IMG/VR virus record: IMGVR_UViG_3300023220_001050
Location: 1 to 37,558 of that record
Length of the DNA: 37,558 nt
Source of the DNA: a virus
Lineage: Duplodnaviria > Caudoviricetes
Reading direction: 5' to 3' (one strand)
Shown: positions 1 through 9,401 of the stretch, piece by piece
Layout: each line of letters starts with the position of its first letter
How positions within the stretch are numbered: the stretch's first letter is position 1
Made by a program: the position numbers and the translations under genes
The notes under the pieces: model-generated
What the model was told of the DNA's origin: nothing
Database searches by the model: none
Seen by the model: the letters and a program-made list of their open reading frames with translations, nothing else

Positions 1-288
1 GTTCGGGACTAGTCGCCTGTTCGCCCGGAGCCATTTCCGTAAGAGCTCTTTCTCGGTGTCGTCATCCGCGAACGTGACTCCTCGTGCGTGCGCCCACGCG
101 ATGGTATCTTTCTTAAGCCACCCCTTGACTGGTAAGTCTTTCTTTTTCAGCTTCTTCTCGGCTTTCTTTTCTTTTTTGTCTGTGGCGCTCCATTCAGGAA
201 GCGCGAGTAAACCTTCAACTACCCGATCGCTCACCTCATAAGCACCCACAGACATATGCGAACCTATATAATATATGCATTTAGTCAT
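1..288 (-). CDS. Partial hypothetical protein with C-terminal HeH/LEM-like helical motif (runs off window edge)
   Basis: Own translation from ATG at 288, after GGAGG: MTKCIYYIGSHMSVGAYEV...WLKKDTIAWAHARGVTFADDDTEKELL; no stop before position 1. Confidence 0.6.
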   Translation of the reverse strand, partial: MTKCIYYIGSHMSVGAYEVSDRVVEGLLALPEWSATDKKEKKAEKKLKKKDLPVKGWLKKDTIAWAHARGVTFADDDTEKELLRKWLRANRRLVPN

Positions 289-290
289 TT

Positions 291-677
291 TTACATACCT
301 CCTATACTTCTAGTAAACCTAGTCCTACGACCCAAAACTTTCAACTTGTTCAAAGCATCCTGATGCAAAGGCATAGCAGCAGCCGACAAGTTACCAGTCG
401 CGCCCTTCTTAATAGTGAACTCCCCCAAACTCGTCTCCTGGAAATCCCCACCAGTCAACTGCATCAAGTTCAAAGTATTAGCCTGAACGAGCTGCACAAG
501 AGCAGGCTGGAACTTCTCAGCGATACCAACACTACCAATAGCCAAACCAGTGAACTCCTCAGCAAACAAACGCTCCTCATCCGAGATCTGGATAAGCGCC
601 CCACTAATCAAAGTACTTACATTATCCGTCCGGGCCAAAACCGCCGCAGCGATCGACCCCAAATTCCATAATCCCAT
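291..677 (-). CDS. Putative head-tail adaptor/connector protein
   Basis: 128 aa downstream of head genes; helical N-part followed by 'SLGEFTIKKG', typical of gp6/gp15-like adaptors. Confidence 0.55.
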   Translation of the reverse strand: MGLWNLGSIAAAVLARTDNVSTLISGALIQISDEERLFAEEFTGLAIGSVGIAEKFQPALVQLVQANTLNLMQLTGGDFQETSLGEFTIKKGATGNLSAAAMPLHQDALNKLKVLGRRTRFTRSIGGM

Positions 678-683
678 CTTACA

Positions 684-1049
684 TCACCTATACTTCACCA
701 CGAGATGCGTGACGCTACCGCCCTCGAATCCGCTACCAGCCCAAAACAAGACATCCTGCATCACCGGACTGAAAACCGCCGACGGGCTACCAGTAACGTC
801 GGTCGGATCATTACCATAAACGAACGGGTGACTCACGCCCAAGGCGGTACCGCTCGGCGCATTGTTACGCCAAACCTCCTCACCCGTACCCGACGCACCG
901 ATCCAAACACTACCAGTACTGTTAGTCTGCACTTCCACTTTCAAGATCTCACCATTAACGGCATGATCACTATAAAACGTCGCACTCGTCCCACTAGTAG
1001 GAGTCTGCGCAGCGAAACGCACTTCTTTAATCCTTACACTACGAACCAT
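684..1049 (-). CDS. Small beta-rich virion protein
   Basis: 121 aa, Ser/Gly/Thr-rich, coupled to neighbours in the structural operon. Confidence 0.55.
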   Translation of the reverse strand: MVRSVRIKEVRFAAQTPTSGTSATFYSDHAVNGEILKVEVQTNSTGSVWIGASGTGEEVWRNNAPSGTALGVSHPFVYGNDPTDVTGSPSAVFSPVMQDVLFWAGSGFEGGSVTHLVVKYR

Positions 1050-1396
1050 TATTCAACCCTCCAAATACTGTAATGGGAACTAGTCCCCATCCTCACAAAA
1101 CCGACAGTGACGTTCACCACGCCCATATCGGTTTCCTTAACTGCGAAAAGCTCAGCTTCACGCCAAAATACGAACCCACCCATGAACGCATGGCTCCAAG
1201 TCATCCCTCCTGGGATGGATGCCACGACGTGCACGCGCCCCAAATCGTCCCGGGCGAGCACAGTCACCGAACCCCCACCGCTATTCGAAACCAACAGGTC
1301 AGTTAACATGAAATTACGAGGAACGAGCCGGACTTCTCCTTTATCGACTACCTGCTTCGTCACTATCCTCGTCGCGCTCCTCAACAAATCAGTCAT
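1049..1396 (-). CDS. Small beta-rich virion-associated protein
   Basis: Track ORF 1049..1432; start at 1396 preferred because it forms an ATGA overlap with the upstream stop. Confidence 0.55.
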   Translation of the reverse strand: MTDLLRSATRIVTKQVVDKGEVRLVPRNFMLTDLLVSNSGGGSVTVLARDDLGRVHVVASIPGGMTWSHAFMGGFVFWREAELFAVKETDMGVVNVTVGFVRMGTSSHYSIWRVE

Positions 1397-1599
1397 GGTT
1401 GATCCACCAACACCCACGCCGAACCGTTCCACCGATGCATCTGGGCTTCGTCTTCTTGACCTCTAACAAAGCAAGGATGAGGTATATCCGTCTTGTAACT
1501 CTCCGTTCCCGAATCAAAACTTCCATCGTTCTCGAAATCGCAAAAACCACCTCTCAAAAGATCCCCTGTCGCTATTTCTATCACTCCATTACACCCCAT
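1393..1599 (-). CDS. Small tail-fibre-assembly-like protein
   Basis: 68 aa ending 'HRWNGSAWV', a motif typical of fibre chaperones; directly follows a fibre-like gene. Confidence 0.45.
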   Translation of the reverse strand: MGCNGVIEIATGDLLRGGFCDFENDGSFDSGTESYKTDIPHPCFVRGQEDEAQMHRWNGSAWVLVDQP

Positions 1600-1602
1600 T
1601 TT

Positions 1603-2361
1603 CTATACCTCATCATCAAAACCCGCAACATATACATATGCAGAGTTGTTCGTACTGTTCACTTTATATTCAATTAATTGACTAGAATCACAGGGCATTT
1701 CCATTTGGGTAAAACCTTCTACGGAACTCACTATTCCTACTCTAAAAGTAAACACGCTCGTTGCTTTAGTTGAACCATTAGGTCTAAGTCTTAATTGATT
1801 ACCAGCTGATCCTGAAGACCCAGTCTCAAACTCAAGACGGAAAACAACGTTTTCCGAAGTTGAAGGAACAAAATTAGATAAATCTATATCGGTAAAACTT
1901 ATGGCATTTCCAGCATTTAACACTCTTACATTAACAATAAGTTCATCATACCAACATCTCCTTGTTGACCCATTCCCTCTTTGATTAAACTCCAAAAAAT
2001 CACTCGATCCATCATTTCTCGCCCATCCAACACGCCGGAACACGTCATAACCGCTAGGAAGAGTAGGGCTCGAGTCGCTCACCGAGAGCAGGCCAGCAGG
2101 GCTGTTAGCCCTAGTAGAATCATCGATCACGAACACGGCATACCACGTATCCGCAGCTTCAGAACCGGTATCGAGGCCGTTCGCCCCGCTACTCGTGATA
2201 GCGATAGTAAGAGTACCAGTCACGTCGATATTGACCAAATCGGTGCTGTCCCTGCAAAGACCCACGCCGACGCTCACGCTCGTAGCGCTCACGTAACTCA
2301 AAGCGAGATCCTTAATCCAACCATCCGGAGCATCTCTAGGAGTGCCGCTTATCCTGCTCAT
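1603..2361 (-). CDS. Fibre/receptor-binding-like virion protein
   Basis: 252 aa; 'NGLDTGSEAADTWYAVFVI...LPSGYDVFRRVGW' resembles a recurrent phage fibre domain. Confidence 0.55.
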   Translation of the reverse strand: MSRISGTPRDAPDGWIKDLALSYVSATSVSVGVGLCRDSTDLVNIDVTGTLTIAITSSGANGLDTGSEAADTWYAVFVIDDSTRANSPAGLLSVSDSSPTLPSGYDVFRRVGWARNDGSSDFLEFNQRGNGSTRRCWYDELIVNVRVLNAGNAISFTDIDLSNFVPSTSENVVFRLEFETGSSGSAGNQLRLRPNGSTKATSVFTFRVGIVSSVEGFTQMEMPCDSSQLIEYKVNSTNNSAYVYVAGFDDEV

Positions 2362-2660
2362 ACTTCTACCAACCTCACCGTCTTACTTCCGGAAGCCGTA
2401 ATACCGTAAACCGCGGCGGTAGACGTATCCAAAAAGATGGTTTCGCCACCTCTAAGCTCCAAGCCGTTACTCGACGTCACACCACTACCCCCCAAGTAGA
2501 CAGAAGCACCCCCTGTGTTATTAATCACGAGCTCGACCCTGTCAACGTTAGCCGCTTTGATAAGCGTGGCCGTACTCGCAACGCTAACAGTCGACGAAGT
2601 AAACGCCAAACCTCTACCTTCTCTCGTGTTTTTATTAACCGAAATATCTTTACTTACCAT
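2358..2660 (-). CDS. Small beta-sandwich virion protein
   Basis: 100 aa 'RVELVINNTGGASVYLGGSGVTSSNGLEL', a common jelly-roll decoration-type pattern. Confidence 0.55.
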   Translation of the reverse strand: MVSKDISVNKNTREGRGLAFTSSTVSVASTATLIKAANVDRVELVINNTGGASVYLGGSGVTSSNGLELRGGETIFLDTSTAAVYGITASGSKTVRLVEV

Positions 2661-2662
2661 TT

Positions 2663-2995
2663 TTAGCTTCTCGTGTTTTTATGAATATAAATAGTTATAT
2701 CGCCACTCGTAGGGGTATCCGTAGCGGTCACCTCAATCCTTATGAAAGGGTAATAATCCTCAACAAGAATTATAGTGTTAGTCGATGCAGCCACCGTCTG
2801 TTCATCCGAAACATCGATAACGTTCGTGAAATCGCTATCCCTCGCGACCTGGAACTGCAACTTCACACTCTTATCCAAACCATTCTCCACAAAGATGGTT
2901 TTACCAATTATATCTCTCATGTCAGCAACAGAACTATTATGAGCCGAAGTATCCCTTATCGCCAACGCGTCCATCACTTTATCTTCTCTAGCCAA
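2663..2995 (-). CDS. Small beta-sandwich virion protein
   Basis: 110 aa with 'YYPFIRIEVT...SGDITI'; TTG start, coupled to neighbours. Confidence 0.55.
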   Translation of the reverse strand: MAREDKVMDALAIRDTSAHNSSVADMRDIIGKTIFVENGLDKSVKLQFQVARDSDFTNVIDVSDEQTVAASTNTIILVEDYYPFIRIEVTATDTPTSGDITIYIHKNTRS

Positions 2996-2997
2996 TC

Positions 2998-3885
2998 TTA
3001 TGAACTCCTCTCATTACCGATGAACCCAGCAATGAACTCTTTTCCCGTATCGCCCTCGATGGTCTGAAGCCTGACGACCTGGGTCCCGCTCGCCTGGATG
3101 GCGCTGTTACCATAATTAACCGTTAAACGATTAGTAGTTGATGAATTATCAAACCTGATAGCATCAACGGCGGTGCCATCTATCTGTAGTTCGACTAAGG
3201 TGATGGCGCCTTCTGTCCCGAGATGCCAAGTGGTAATATCAAAAATGCTGCCAGTAGAAACTGTATGACTTGTCAACGTCGTTGGATGACTATTCACATC
3301 TTGCCTGGTGAAATTGTTGATACGGTCATCAGCAGGAGCTCCTTCTTGAAAGGTGAGTAAATGACCTTCATTGTTGACTTGTAAAGGGATGAGTTGGGTG
3401 TTTGTCAAGATCGTGTTTCCTGATCTGAACTCTGCAAGGTTAAGCGTGTTCAATCCATTAGCCGTGGTGGCTCTAGAATCAACATCTACTTTTGTCGCCC
3501 CATTAATGATCTCCACTTCGCCTATAGGGTTACCCCCGCTACCTATAGTGCCAACACTGCCGACGTTCAACACGCTGCCAAGGTTTCCAATGAAATTGTT
3601 ACCTGAACCGATCACTACTTCGTTAGTTACCGCAACGCTTCCAACAACGTTCAAAGGATCTGTCGTTATAGCTACGCTACCCGCAATCCCGCCAACGCTC
3701 AAAACGCTACCGATATGGCCAATGAAGTTACCACCACTAGCGATGACGACAGGATCAACAGTGACACCCCCCTCAGACAAACCGACATTCACATCAAGAA
3801 AAGTCTTAGTTCCAGAATTAGAAACAGTTGCCTCGAAGAGCTGACTAGTCTTCGCACTTCCTGTGTATCCTTGAATCTCAGGCAT
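2998..3885 (-). CDS. Fibre-like structural protein with internal Gly/Ser repeats
   Basis: 295 aa; repeats VVIASGGNFIGHIGSV / VVIGSGNNFIGNLGSV / IGSGGNPIGEV; RBS GGAGGGAGG. Confidence 0.6.
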   Translation of the reverse strand: MPEIQGYTGSAKTSQLFEATVSNSGTKTFLDVNVGLSEGGVTVDPVVIASGGNFIGHIGSVLSVGGIAGSVAITTDPLNVVGSVAVTNEVVIGSGNNFIGNLGSVLNVGSVGTIGSGGNPIGEVEIINGATKVDVDSRATTANGLNTLNLAEFRSGNTILTNTQLIPLQVNNEGHLLTFQEGAPADDRINNFTRQDVNSHPTTLTSHTVSTGSIFDITTWHLGTEGAITLVELQIDGTAVDAIRFDNSSTTNRLTVNYGNSAIQASGTQVVRLQTIEGDTGKEFIAGFIGNERSS

Positions 3886-3935
3886 GTTATGTCCTTATCC
3901 TCCCTCCTTTAGGGTGTTGCCACGTGGGCGAGCAC

Positions 3936-3959
3936 AAAAAAATAAAAAAATAAAAAAAA
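3936..3959 (-). terminator. Archaeal-type oligo-T terminator after the capsid operon
   Basis: Minus strand reads three T runs immediately after the stop of 3962..4633. Confidence 0.6.
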
Positions 3960-3961
3960 GT

Positions 3962-4633
3962 TTACCAAAGATAAACCAATGCAAATCCTCCACTAGCAGC
4001 ACCAGCAAGGACTGTTCCTCTTGCGGGCGCGATACCGCCTGCAGTTCCACTAGCAACTATTGCTATAGTGTTATCTGCTGCTCCTACGCCTGCTTGGAAA
4101 GCTTCGCCGTTTTTGAGTGTGGCTTCCGCTCTCACGTAAGCAACCCCTCTTGTGAGGATGTCTACTGTTGTGTTACTTCCAACAGTCGCTACAGCGATCC
4201 CTAAAGGTACAGTGCTCGCGATAGCTGTGCTTGCGAGGACGCTTGCGCCTCCTGCTGCTCCGCTCACGTTAACCCATGCTCCGCCACTTACTACTGTTTC
4301 TGTAGTGAAAGCGGTATACACGTTACCTTTTAAGTAAGGCGATCCCGTGTTGTCGTAAACGGTCGGTATATCAGCACTACCTGTCACGACAGCGTTACCC
4401 AAAGCGGTAGTTGCACCGCTAAAAGTTGTGTCTGCACGGACAGTGTTAGCTTGTACCGTTGTGCTAGCGAACACGTTCGTTCCCGAAAAGGAAGTAGCGC
4501 TAAGCGCACTACTAGTACTAACAGTACCCGCAACGATCAAACTACCTGTGAGGAACTGACTCTGAGCAGGCAGGTTAACACCGCTAATAGCTACAACTTC
4601 TTCAAATCCTAATCCTTCTCTTAATCCTCTCAT
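3962..4633 (-). CDS. Capsid fibre/decoration protein (DUF2190-like C-terminus)
   Basis: 223 aa right after MCP; C-terminal 'PLGIAVATVGSNTTVDILTRGV' cement-like motif. Confidence 0.6.
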   Translation of the reverse strand: MRGLREGLGFEEVVAISGVNLPAQSQFLTGSLIVAGTVSTSSALSATSFSGTNVFASTTVQANTVRADTTFSGATTALGNAVVTGSADIPTVYDNTGSPYLKGNVYTAFTTETVVSGGAWVNVSGAAGGASVLASTAIASTVPLGIAVATVGSNTTVDILTRGVAYVRAEATLKNGEAFQAGVGAADNTIAIVASGTAGGIAPARGTVLAGAASGGFALVYLW

Positions 4634-4643
4634 CTTGTTTCAC

Positions 4644-5501
4644 CTAGCTCGTTGTGATCTTGCTAATAGCTTCAGCTCGAAGCTGTCTGATAGCAAGTCT
4701 TTGCGTTATGACGGTTCCTTGCATGTCGTTAGTAGGCAAGTTGAAACCCTCAACGGTCATTGGTCTCTTCTCAGCGATGACGTAAGCCCACATCTTATCA
4801 GTAACGTAAGCTGTGGTCGTGGTCATGCCGGCGTTTGTAGAGACGCGCAAGACGTTCATACCGTAGATGGTACCGAGGAATCCTCTGGTAAGCATCTCTG
4901 TGTTCCCAACCTTGTTTGCCTCGACGAATGTGTCGATGTTACGCAAGTCGTTAAGGACCTCATTACCCACCAACAAAGTAGTAGGTGTGTAATCCTCATC
5001 CTCAAGGTTCTGCATAGCGGTCGTCAGGTTAGGGATGGTTATAGCAGCCCCACCAGCAACAGTCGTGTTTGCGTTGTCTAAAGCATCACTAATCACGAGA
5101 CTGTTCTCGTTCTCCGCGATACGCTTACCCGCGACGCGCACGTTCCGCTCAAGAAGAGGCCATTTAGCATCTTCCATAAGCTCCCTAGTGATACGGATAG
5201 CAACACCGTACTTCTTAGGTTTAAGGTTGAAACTTGTGTATTCTGTCTGGTCCAAGGGGATTTCTGCTCCCTCACCAACTTCCCGAACGGTCATGGTTCG
5301 AGGAGTTTCCAGATCGACATCGATACTGCTTCCTGGAATCATACCAGGACCGAAAAACATAGCGGCCTCGCTACGAGGAATCAATACTTTGTCTACTTCA
5401 GGCACGAGGGTGTCCATGATCTTTCGAGGGATCAGTAACTGGCCTTCGACGCCTATGCTTGTTTGTAAAAGCTCTTGTACATTTTTTAATGCTTGTGTCA
5501 T
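4644..5501 (-). CDS. Major capsid protein, HK97 fold
   Basis: 285 aa; 'LLIP', 'VGEGAEIP', 'KKYGVAIRITRELMEDA', 'GTIYGMNV' are HK97-type MCP motifs; follows protease and decoration genes. Confidence 0.9.
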   Translation of the reverse strand: MTQALKNVQELLQTSIGVEGQLLIPRKIMDTLVPEVDKVLIPRSEAAMFFGPGMIPGSSIDVDLETPRTMTVREVGEGAEIPLDQTEYTSFNLKPKKYGVAIRITRELMEDAKWPLLERNVRVAGKRIAENENSLVISDALDNANTTVAGGAAITIPNLTTAMQNLEDEDYTPTTLLVGNEVLNDLRNIDTFVEANKVGNTEMLTRGFLGTIYGMNVLRVSTNAGMTTTTAYVTDKMWAYVIAEKRPMTVEGFNLPTNDMQGTVITQRLAIRQLRAEAISKITTS

Positions 5502-5518
5502 ATTATCCTACCTCCTCT

Positions 5519-5947
5519 CTAAGATCTCCCTACGTGGAACATGCAAAACCCTCCACTGGCTGCGCTCGTGTAAGCACGTCCTACTGGGTGGTTTGTTCCT
5601 TCGCTGAAGTTAGCAACGCTGTTGTTACCATCAACTACTAATGGTAGTGACGCGGTCACTGTGTTGTTTGCTGTGACGAGGAAAACCCCATCTACTGCGA
5701 TGCTGACGGTCTCGTTACTTCCTGCGTTAGCCAAAGCCACGCCTACGAATTGTGTCCCGCTTGCATCTGTTGCGAATAAAAGATCTGTTGTTGGGTCGAA
5801 ACTGTTCACACCGCTACTAACGACGTTGTTTGCTCCGCTTGCGAAAACGAATTCGCCTCCACTGATAACTTCTTTAGCTCTGCCGCTAAAGATCCGTGGA
5901 GCTCCCCAATCGTGTGTTATTTGTAATCCTGCTGGGTTTAGTACCAT
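5519..5947 (-). CDS. Capsid cement/decoration protein
   Basis: 142 aa between protease and MCP; 'FVGVALANAGSNETVSIAVDGVF' DUF2190-like. Confidence 0.7.
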   Translation of the reverse strand: MVLNPAGLQITHDWGAPRIFSGRAKEVISGGEFVFASGANNVVSSGVNSFDPTTDLLFATDASGTQFVGVALANAGSNETVSIAVDGVFLVTANNTVTASLPLVVDGNNSVANFSEGTNHPVGRAYTSAASGGFCMFHVGRS

Positions 5948-5955
5948 TTTTTTAT

Positions 5956-6843
5956 TTACCTCCGCATCTTAACGCTTTTCTTATAGATAGCGTTATCGGT
6001 AAGAGCGTATCCGCCGTATTCCGAGACGGTTACTGCGTAGTTTTCTTCACCTGCTGGTTCTTCTTTTGCCGGTTCTGGTGCTACTTCTCCTTTTGTTTCA
6101 TCTTTGACCTCAGCTGCTGGTTCTTCTTTTGCTGGTTCAGCTTTAGCTTCTGGTTCTGCTTCTTCTTTAACTACATTATTATTTGCTGCCTCGTTATTGC
6201 TTAACTCCTCTTTTTTGAGTTCGAGTTTTGCGATTTCGAGAGCGGCGACTTCTTTCTCAAGCTTCTCTTTGGTTGCTTTGAGATCTTCCATTGTTGGTTC
6301 AGCCATTTTGTTTTCCTCCTCAACTACTTTTTGTTTTACTGGGTTAGCTTCTTTACTAAGATTGAAGCTTTCCGCCAATGCGCTTAATATGCCTGCGTTC
6401 GGGTCTCCTGGGACCGCTACGAGGCTTAACTCGAAGAATTCTATGCCGCGAGCTATTGGTGCTCCGCCTTCTTCTTCGTTTTCTTCGAATTCTCTGACTC
6501 CTGCTCCTATGGAGACGTTGGTGATGAGTCCTGCTTTGATTTTTTGCTGGACTAGGGGGTCTATGATTTTTGCTTCGAAGTCTATTCTTTTTTTCTCGGT
6601 GTTGAACATGACGTTGTCGGTGGTTCTTCCCACGATGCTGTCCACGCTATTGTTGTGGTCTTTGAGGATCGGTTTGCCACGTAAAGACGCTGTTGCTTTT
6701 TCTAGTTCCTCGCCCACGTAGCTCACGCCGTTTCTCGTGATGGTCTCGTTGATGGCGACTCCTCTGATGAAGAAGTCTTTTTCTTTAGCGAGTGTTTCTT
6801 GGATCGGTACGCAGAATTCGAATGTTTGCCAGTTTTTGGTCAT
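5956..6843 (-). CDS. Prohead protease fused to C-terminal scaffold
   Basis: 'KPILKDHN', 'VSIGA', 'ELSLVAVPGDPNA' HK97-type protease motifs, then coiled coil and EPAKEEPA repeats; start at 6843 follows GGGAGG. Confidence 0.88.
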   Translation of the reverse strand: MTKNWQTFEFCVPIQETLAKEKDFFIRGVAINETITRNGVSYVGEELEKATASLRGKPILKDHNNSVDSIVGRTTDNVMFNTEKKRIDFEAKIIDPLVQQKIKAGLITNVSIGAGVREFEENEEEGGAPIARGIEFFELSLVAVPGDPNAGILSALAESFNLSKEANPVKQKVVEEENKMAEPTMEDLKATKEKLEKEVAALEIAKLELKKEELSNNEAANNNVVKEEAEPEAKAEPAKEEPAAEVKDETKGEVAPEPAKEEPAGEENYAVTVSEYGGYALTDNAIYKKSVKMRR

Positions 6844-6903
6844 TGGTTCCCTCCCGTTTTTTTTCATTCTAGATGTAACTATACCTTGTAGGGAAGTGGT
6901 CCA

Positions 6904-6936
6904 TGTATTTATAACCGACGGAAAATTATATAATCA
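6904..6936 (-). promoter_or_regulatory. Putative late promoter: ATTATATAAT palindrome plus TATAAATA box
   Basis: 28/33 identical to 12737-12769; upstream of the protease/MCP operon. Confidence 0.7.
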
Positions 6937-8655
6937 GCCTATGAAGAATCTAGCAATGGCGTTCATCCAGATAGTGCTCGCGGAAGGGACGTTCTCTATA
7001 TTGGAAACGTTCACGGTGGTGTTGATAGTGAAATTCCCAGTACCCACAAAGCTCAAGTTCCCCACACCGATATCGCAAGGGGTATTGATAAAACAAAGAT
7101 CCGTCATGGACACCACCCAATTAGTATCCAAACCAGGACAATCACAACCAACAATAGTCAAATTATTACTACAGATCTGTGTCCCATCCCCGTCTATAGC
7201 GGTAGGCGTCACGCAAGCATCCCACACCTCACCAGTAACGGTCTCCTGCTCGGAAACAAAACTGGTCTTGTTCTGGAAAAGAGCAAGGACTTGTGCAGAA
7301 CTAAGAGACCTATTGTACATCCTGACATCATCTATACGACCATCAAAAAACTGGGAAGTACCCCCGCCCGTACTACCAATAAACGTATCCGTATTCCCAG
7401 CAACATACTTAAGCGTGCCAGCAGCGATAGTTCCGTTAAGCACACCATTAACGTAGATACTCATATTCGTACCGTTAAACGTTGCGGCGATATGAGTCCA
7501 CGTATTCAACAAATCGCTGGAAGTAAAACCGCTATTAAGATCTCTATTCGCACCATCAAACAATCTCGTACCGAGATTCGCACCATTAAAAAAGATCATG
7601 AAAATGTTCTGATCACCATGAGTCACGATCCGTCTGTCCGAAATCGCTGAATCGATAAAGAACCATGCGGCCAATGTCCCATGTTGACTGATGTTAAGAC
7701 TTCCAGTAGCGCTACCCACAGCTATATGGTCTCCGGCAACGCTAAAATTGTAAGCGCCAAACCCGTCAAAACCGCCAACAGGTAAGAATGTAGCGTTCAC
7801 GACGGAGCCATTAGTGCTAAATGATGAGTAGTCTTTTGTGGAATTGGACGAGTTTATTGTGTTGTTTTCGAAAGGCATATTCAGAACGGCAATGCTAAAC
7901 CCGCCAACTCTGAAATCGGTAATGTTGTTTATTGGGTCGCCATCAGCATCGGCAACACCGAGAGGGAAAGCGGTCAAGTTCTCGGAAGTCGCGTTCGTGC
8001 CAAGAGTCGAGTTAAGATCCACTCCTGTCATGGTAGGTGGTGGGTCGAATAGTCTGAATTGAAATACTTCAAGATCGGAACTTAATTTGTACTGGGCGCT
8101 GAGGCTGTCGCCGCCGTAAGGCCAACCAACCCACGCCCACCTGTAGCCCGGGTTTAGTTCTACTTTCATGTTACGACCGAAGTTTAGTTCTGTTTCTCCT
8201 GTTAGTTTGCGCTTAGGCCCCGTCTCCACAAGGTCGTCTACTGTGTAACGCAAGAAGTATCCTGTTCCGTTCACCACCGTCTTCTTATGAGAGATAGGGA
8301 ACAACTCGATATCTGTATTGTAAGGGTTGAATACCCACTCATCATAAACAACCGGGCCTCTTTGGTAGGGCGTCTTCATAACAGCGCGTATCTCGCCACC
8401 GTCTTCCAACCCGTACCACTGGATCGCTACGTTCCGCTTATCCCGGTTAATGATACGCGAACCATCAAAAAGCCTACTCTCCTCTCTCCCGCTAACAACC
8501 CACAACCAATGATAATCGCTATGCGGCACGTAAAAAGTAGAACCATCCACGTCTAGACGCATACGAGCCTCATCCGCGAACTGAACATAAAAAATCGAAC
8601 CGCTAACTATGAAAAGAGTCAACAATCCTAAGGCTATCTCTTTCTCATACCTCAT
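6934..8655 (-). CDS. Membrane-anchored/exported LamG (concanavalin-like) domain glycoprotein
   Basis: N-terminal hydrophobic helix; LamG motifs 'WTHIAATFNGTNMSIYVNG' and 'FFDGRIDDVRMYNRSLS'; about 22 N-X-S/T sequons counted by eye. Confidence 0.85.
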   Translation of the reverse strand: MRYEKEIALGLLTLFIVSGSIFYVQFADEARMRLDVDGSTFYVPHSDYHWLWVVSGREESRLFDGSRIINRDKRNVAIQWYGLEDGGEIRAVMKTPYQRGPVVYDEWVFNPYNTDIELFPISHKKTVVNGTGYFLRYTVDDLVETGPKRKLTGETELNFGRNMKVELNPGYRWAWVGWPYGGDSLSAQYKLSSDLEVFQFRLFDPPPTMTGVDLNSTLGTNATSENLTAFPLGVADADGDPINNITDFRVGGFSIAVLNMPFENNTINSSNSTKDYSSFSTNGSVVNATFLPVGGFDGFGAYNFSVAGDHIAVGSATGSLNISQHGTLAAWFFIDSAISDRRIVTHGDQNIFMIFFNGANLGTRLFDGANRDLNSGFTSSDLLNTWTHIAATFNGTNMSIYVNGVLNGTIAAGTLKYVAGNTDTFIGSTGGGTSQFFDGRIDDVRMYNRSLSSAQVLALFQNKTSFVSEQETVTGEVWDACVTPTAIDGDGTQICSNNLTIVGCDCPGLDTNWVVSMTDLCFINTPCDIGVGNLSFVGTGNFTINTTVNVSNIENVPSASTIWMNAIARFFIG

Positions 8656-8660
8656 CCGCC

Positions 8661-9401
8661 TTAGCTCCCACTACAGATCTCCCCACCGCTCTTGAAAATG
8701 ACGCAATCAACAGTGAGGTTACCATTCCCAGTAAACCCATCGGTCACGTTGATGTTCCCAACACCGCTCCTCTTCAAACCGACATCTTCAGATAAGAAAT
8801 CGGTGCCGAAAACGAGATGGCTCTTCGAGATATCCACCTTTAGGTTGGCGTTGCTTGACTGGTTACGGAAACGAATAATCTCCGCACCGGCCTGGACACC
8901 ATCCCCAGTCCCATTAACGACGATCCCCAAATCGCCACCCGCGGTTATGTAAATACCGTTAGCGTCCCCTACTCCGGCCTGTCCTTTATACTGTACATTA
9001 GTAGGGCTCCCTACAGAGCCTAAACGAATAGTGGTAGGGCGGATCCGGCCTGCGAAAAGAGCGGACTCTCCACTAACACCATAAGATACTTGTGTAGCGC
9101 CGACCGCGACGAGATCTATACGTGATCCTGTGAAGAACCAACCAGTGTTTTTTTGACTATCGAAAGCCAATGAAGGATTTGCCAGAGTGCCATCAGAAAG
9201 AAAAACTGTGTCCCCAACACTGACGTTTCTAGTGAAATTGGTGTTACCTGAGATAAAATTTATTAGAGATGTATTGGTTTGGTTCAATTGCCCAGTAACT
9301 ACTACGTTGCCGAGGTTCGACGTGCTAAGCGCCGAGGTATACACTGCCAAAAGTAGAATGATTAACCCCACAACTAACCAGGTCTTATAATGTTTGATCA
9401 C
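8661..9401 (-). CDS. Signal-peptide-bearing fibre-like protein
   Basis: GTG start at 9401 after GGAGG; MIKHYKTWLVVGLIILLLAVYTSA signal peptide; 'DGTLANPSLAFDSQKNTGWF' fibre repeat motif; 8 sequons. Confidence 0.65.
   Translation of the reverse strand: MIKHYKTWLVVGLIILLLAVYTSALSTSNLGNVVVTGQLNQTNTSLINFISGNTNFTRNVSVGDTVFLSDGTLANPSLAFDSQKNTGWFFTGSRIDLVAVGATQVSYGVSGESALFAGRIRPTTIRLGSVGSPTNVQYKGQAGVGDANGIYITAGGDLGIVVNGTGDGVQAGAEIIRFRNQSSNANLKVDISKSHLVFGTDFLSEDVGLKRSGVGNINVTDGFTGNGNLTVDCVIFKSGGEICSGS

Noticed and set aside
6050-6160. EPAKEEPA direct repeats in the scaffold
   Set aside because: Ordinary low-complexity linker duplication
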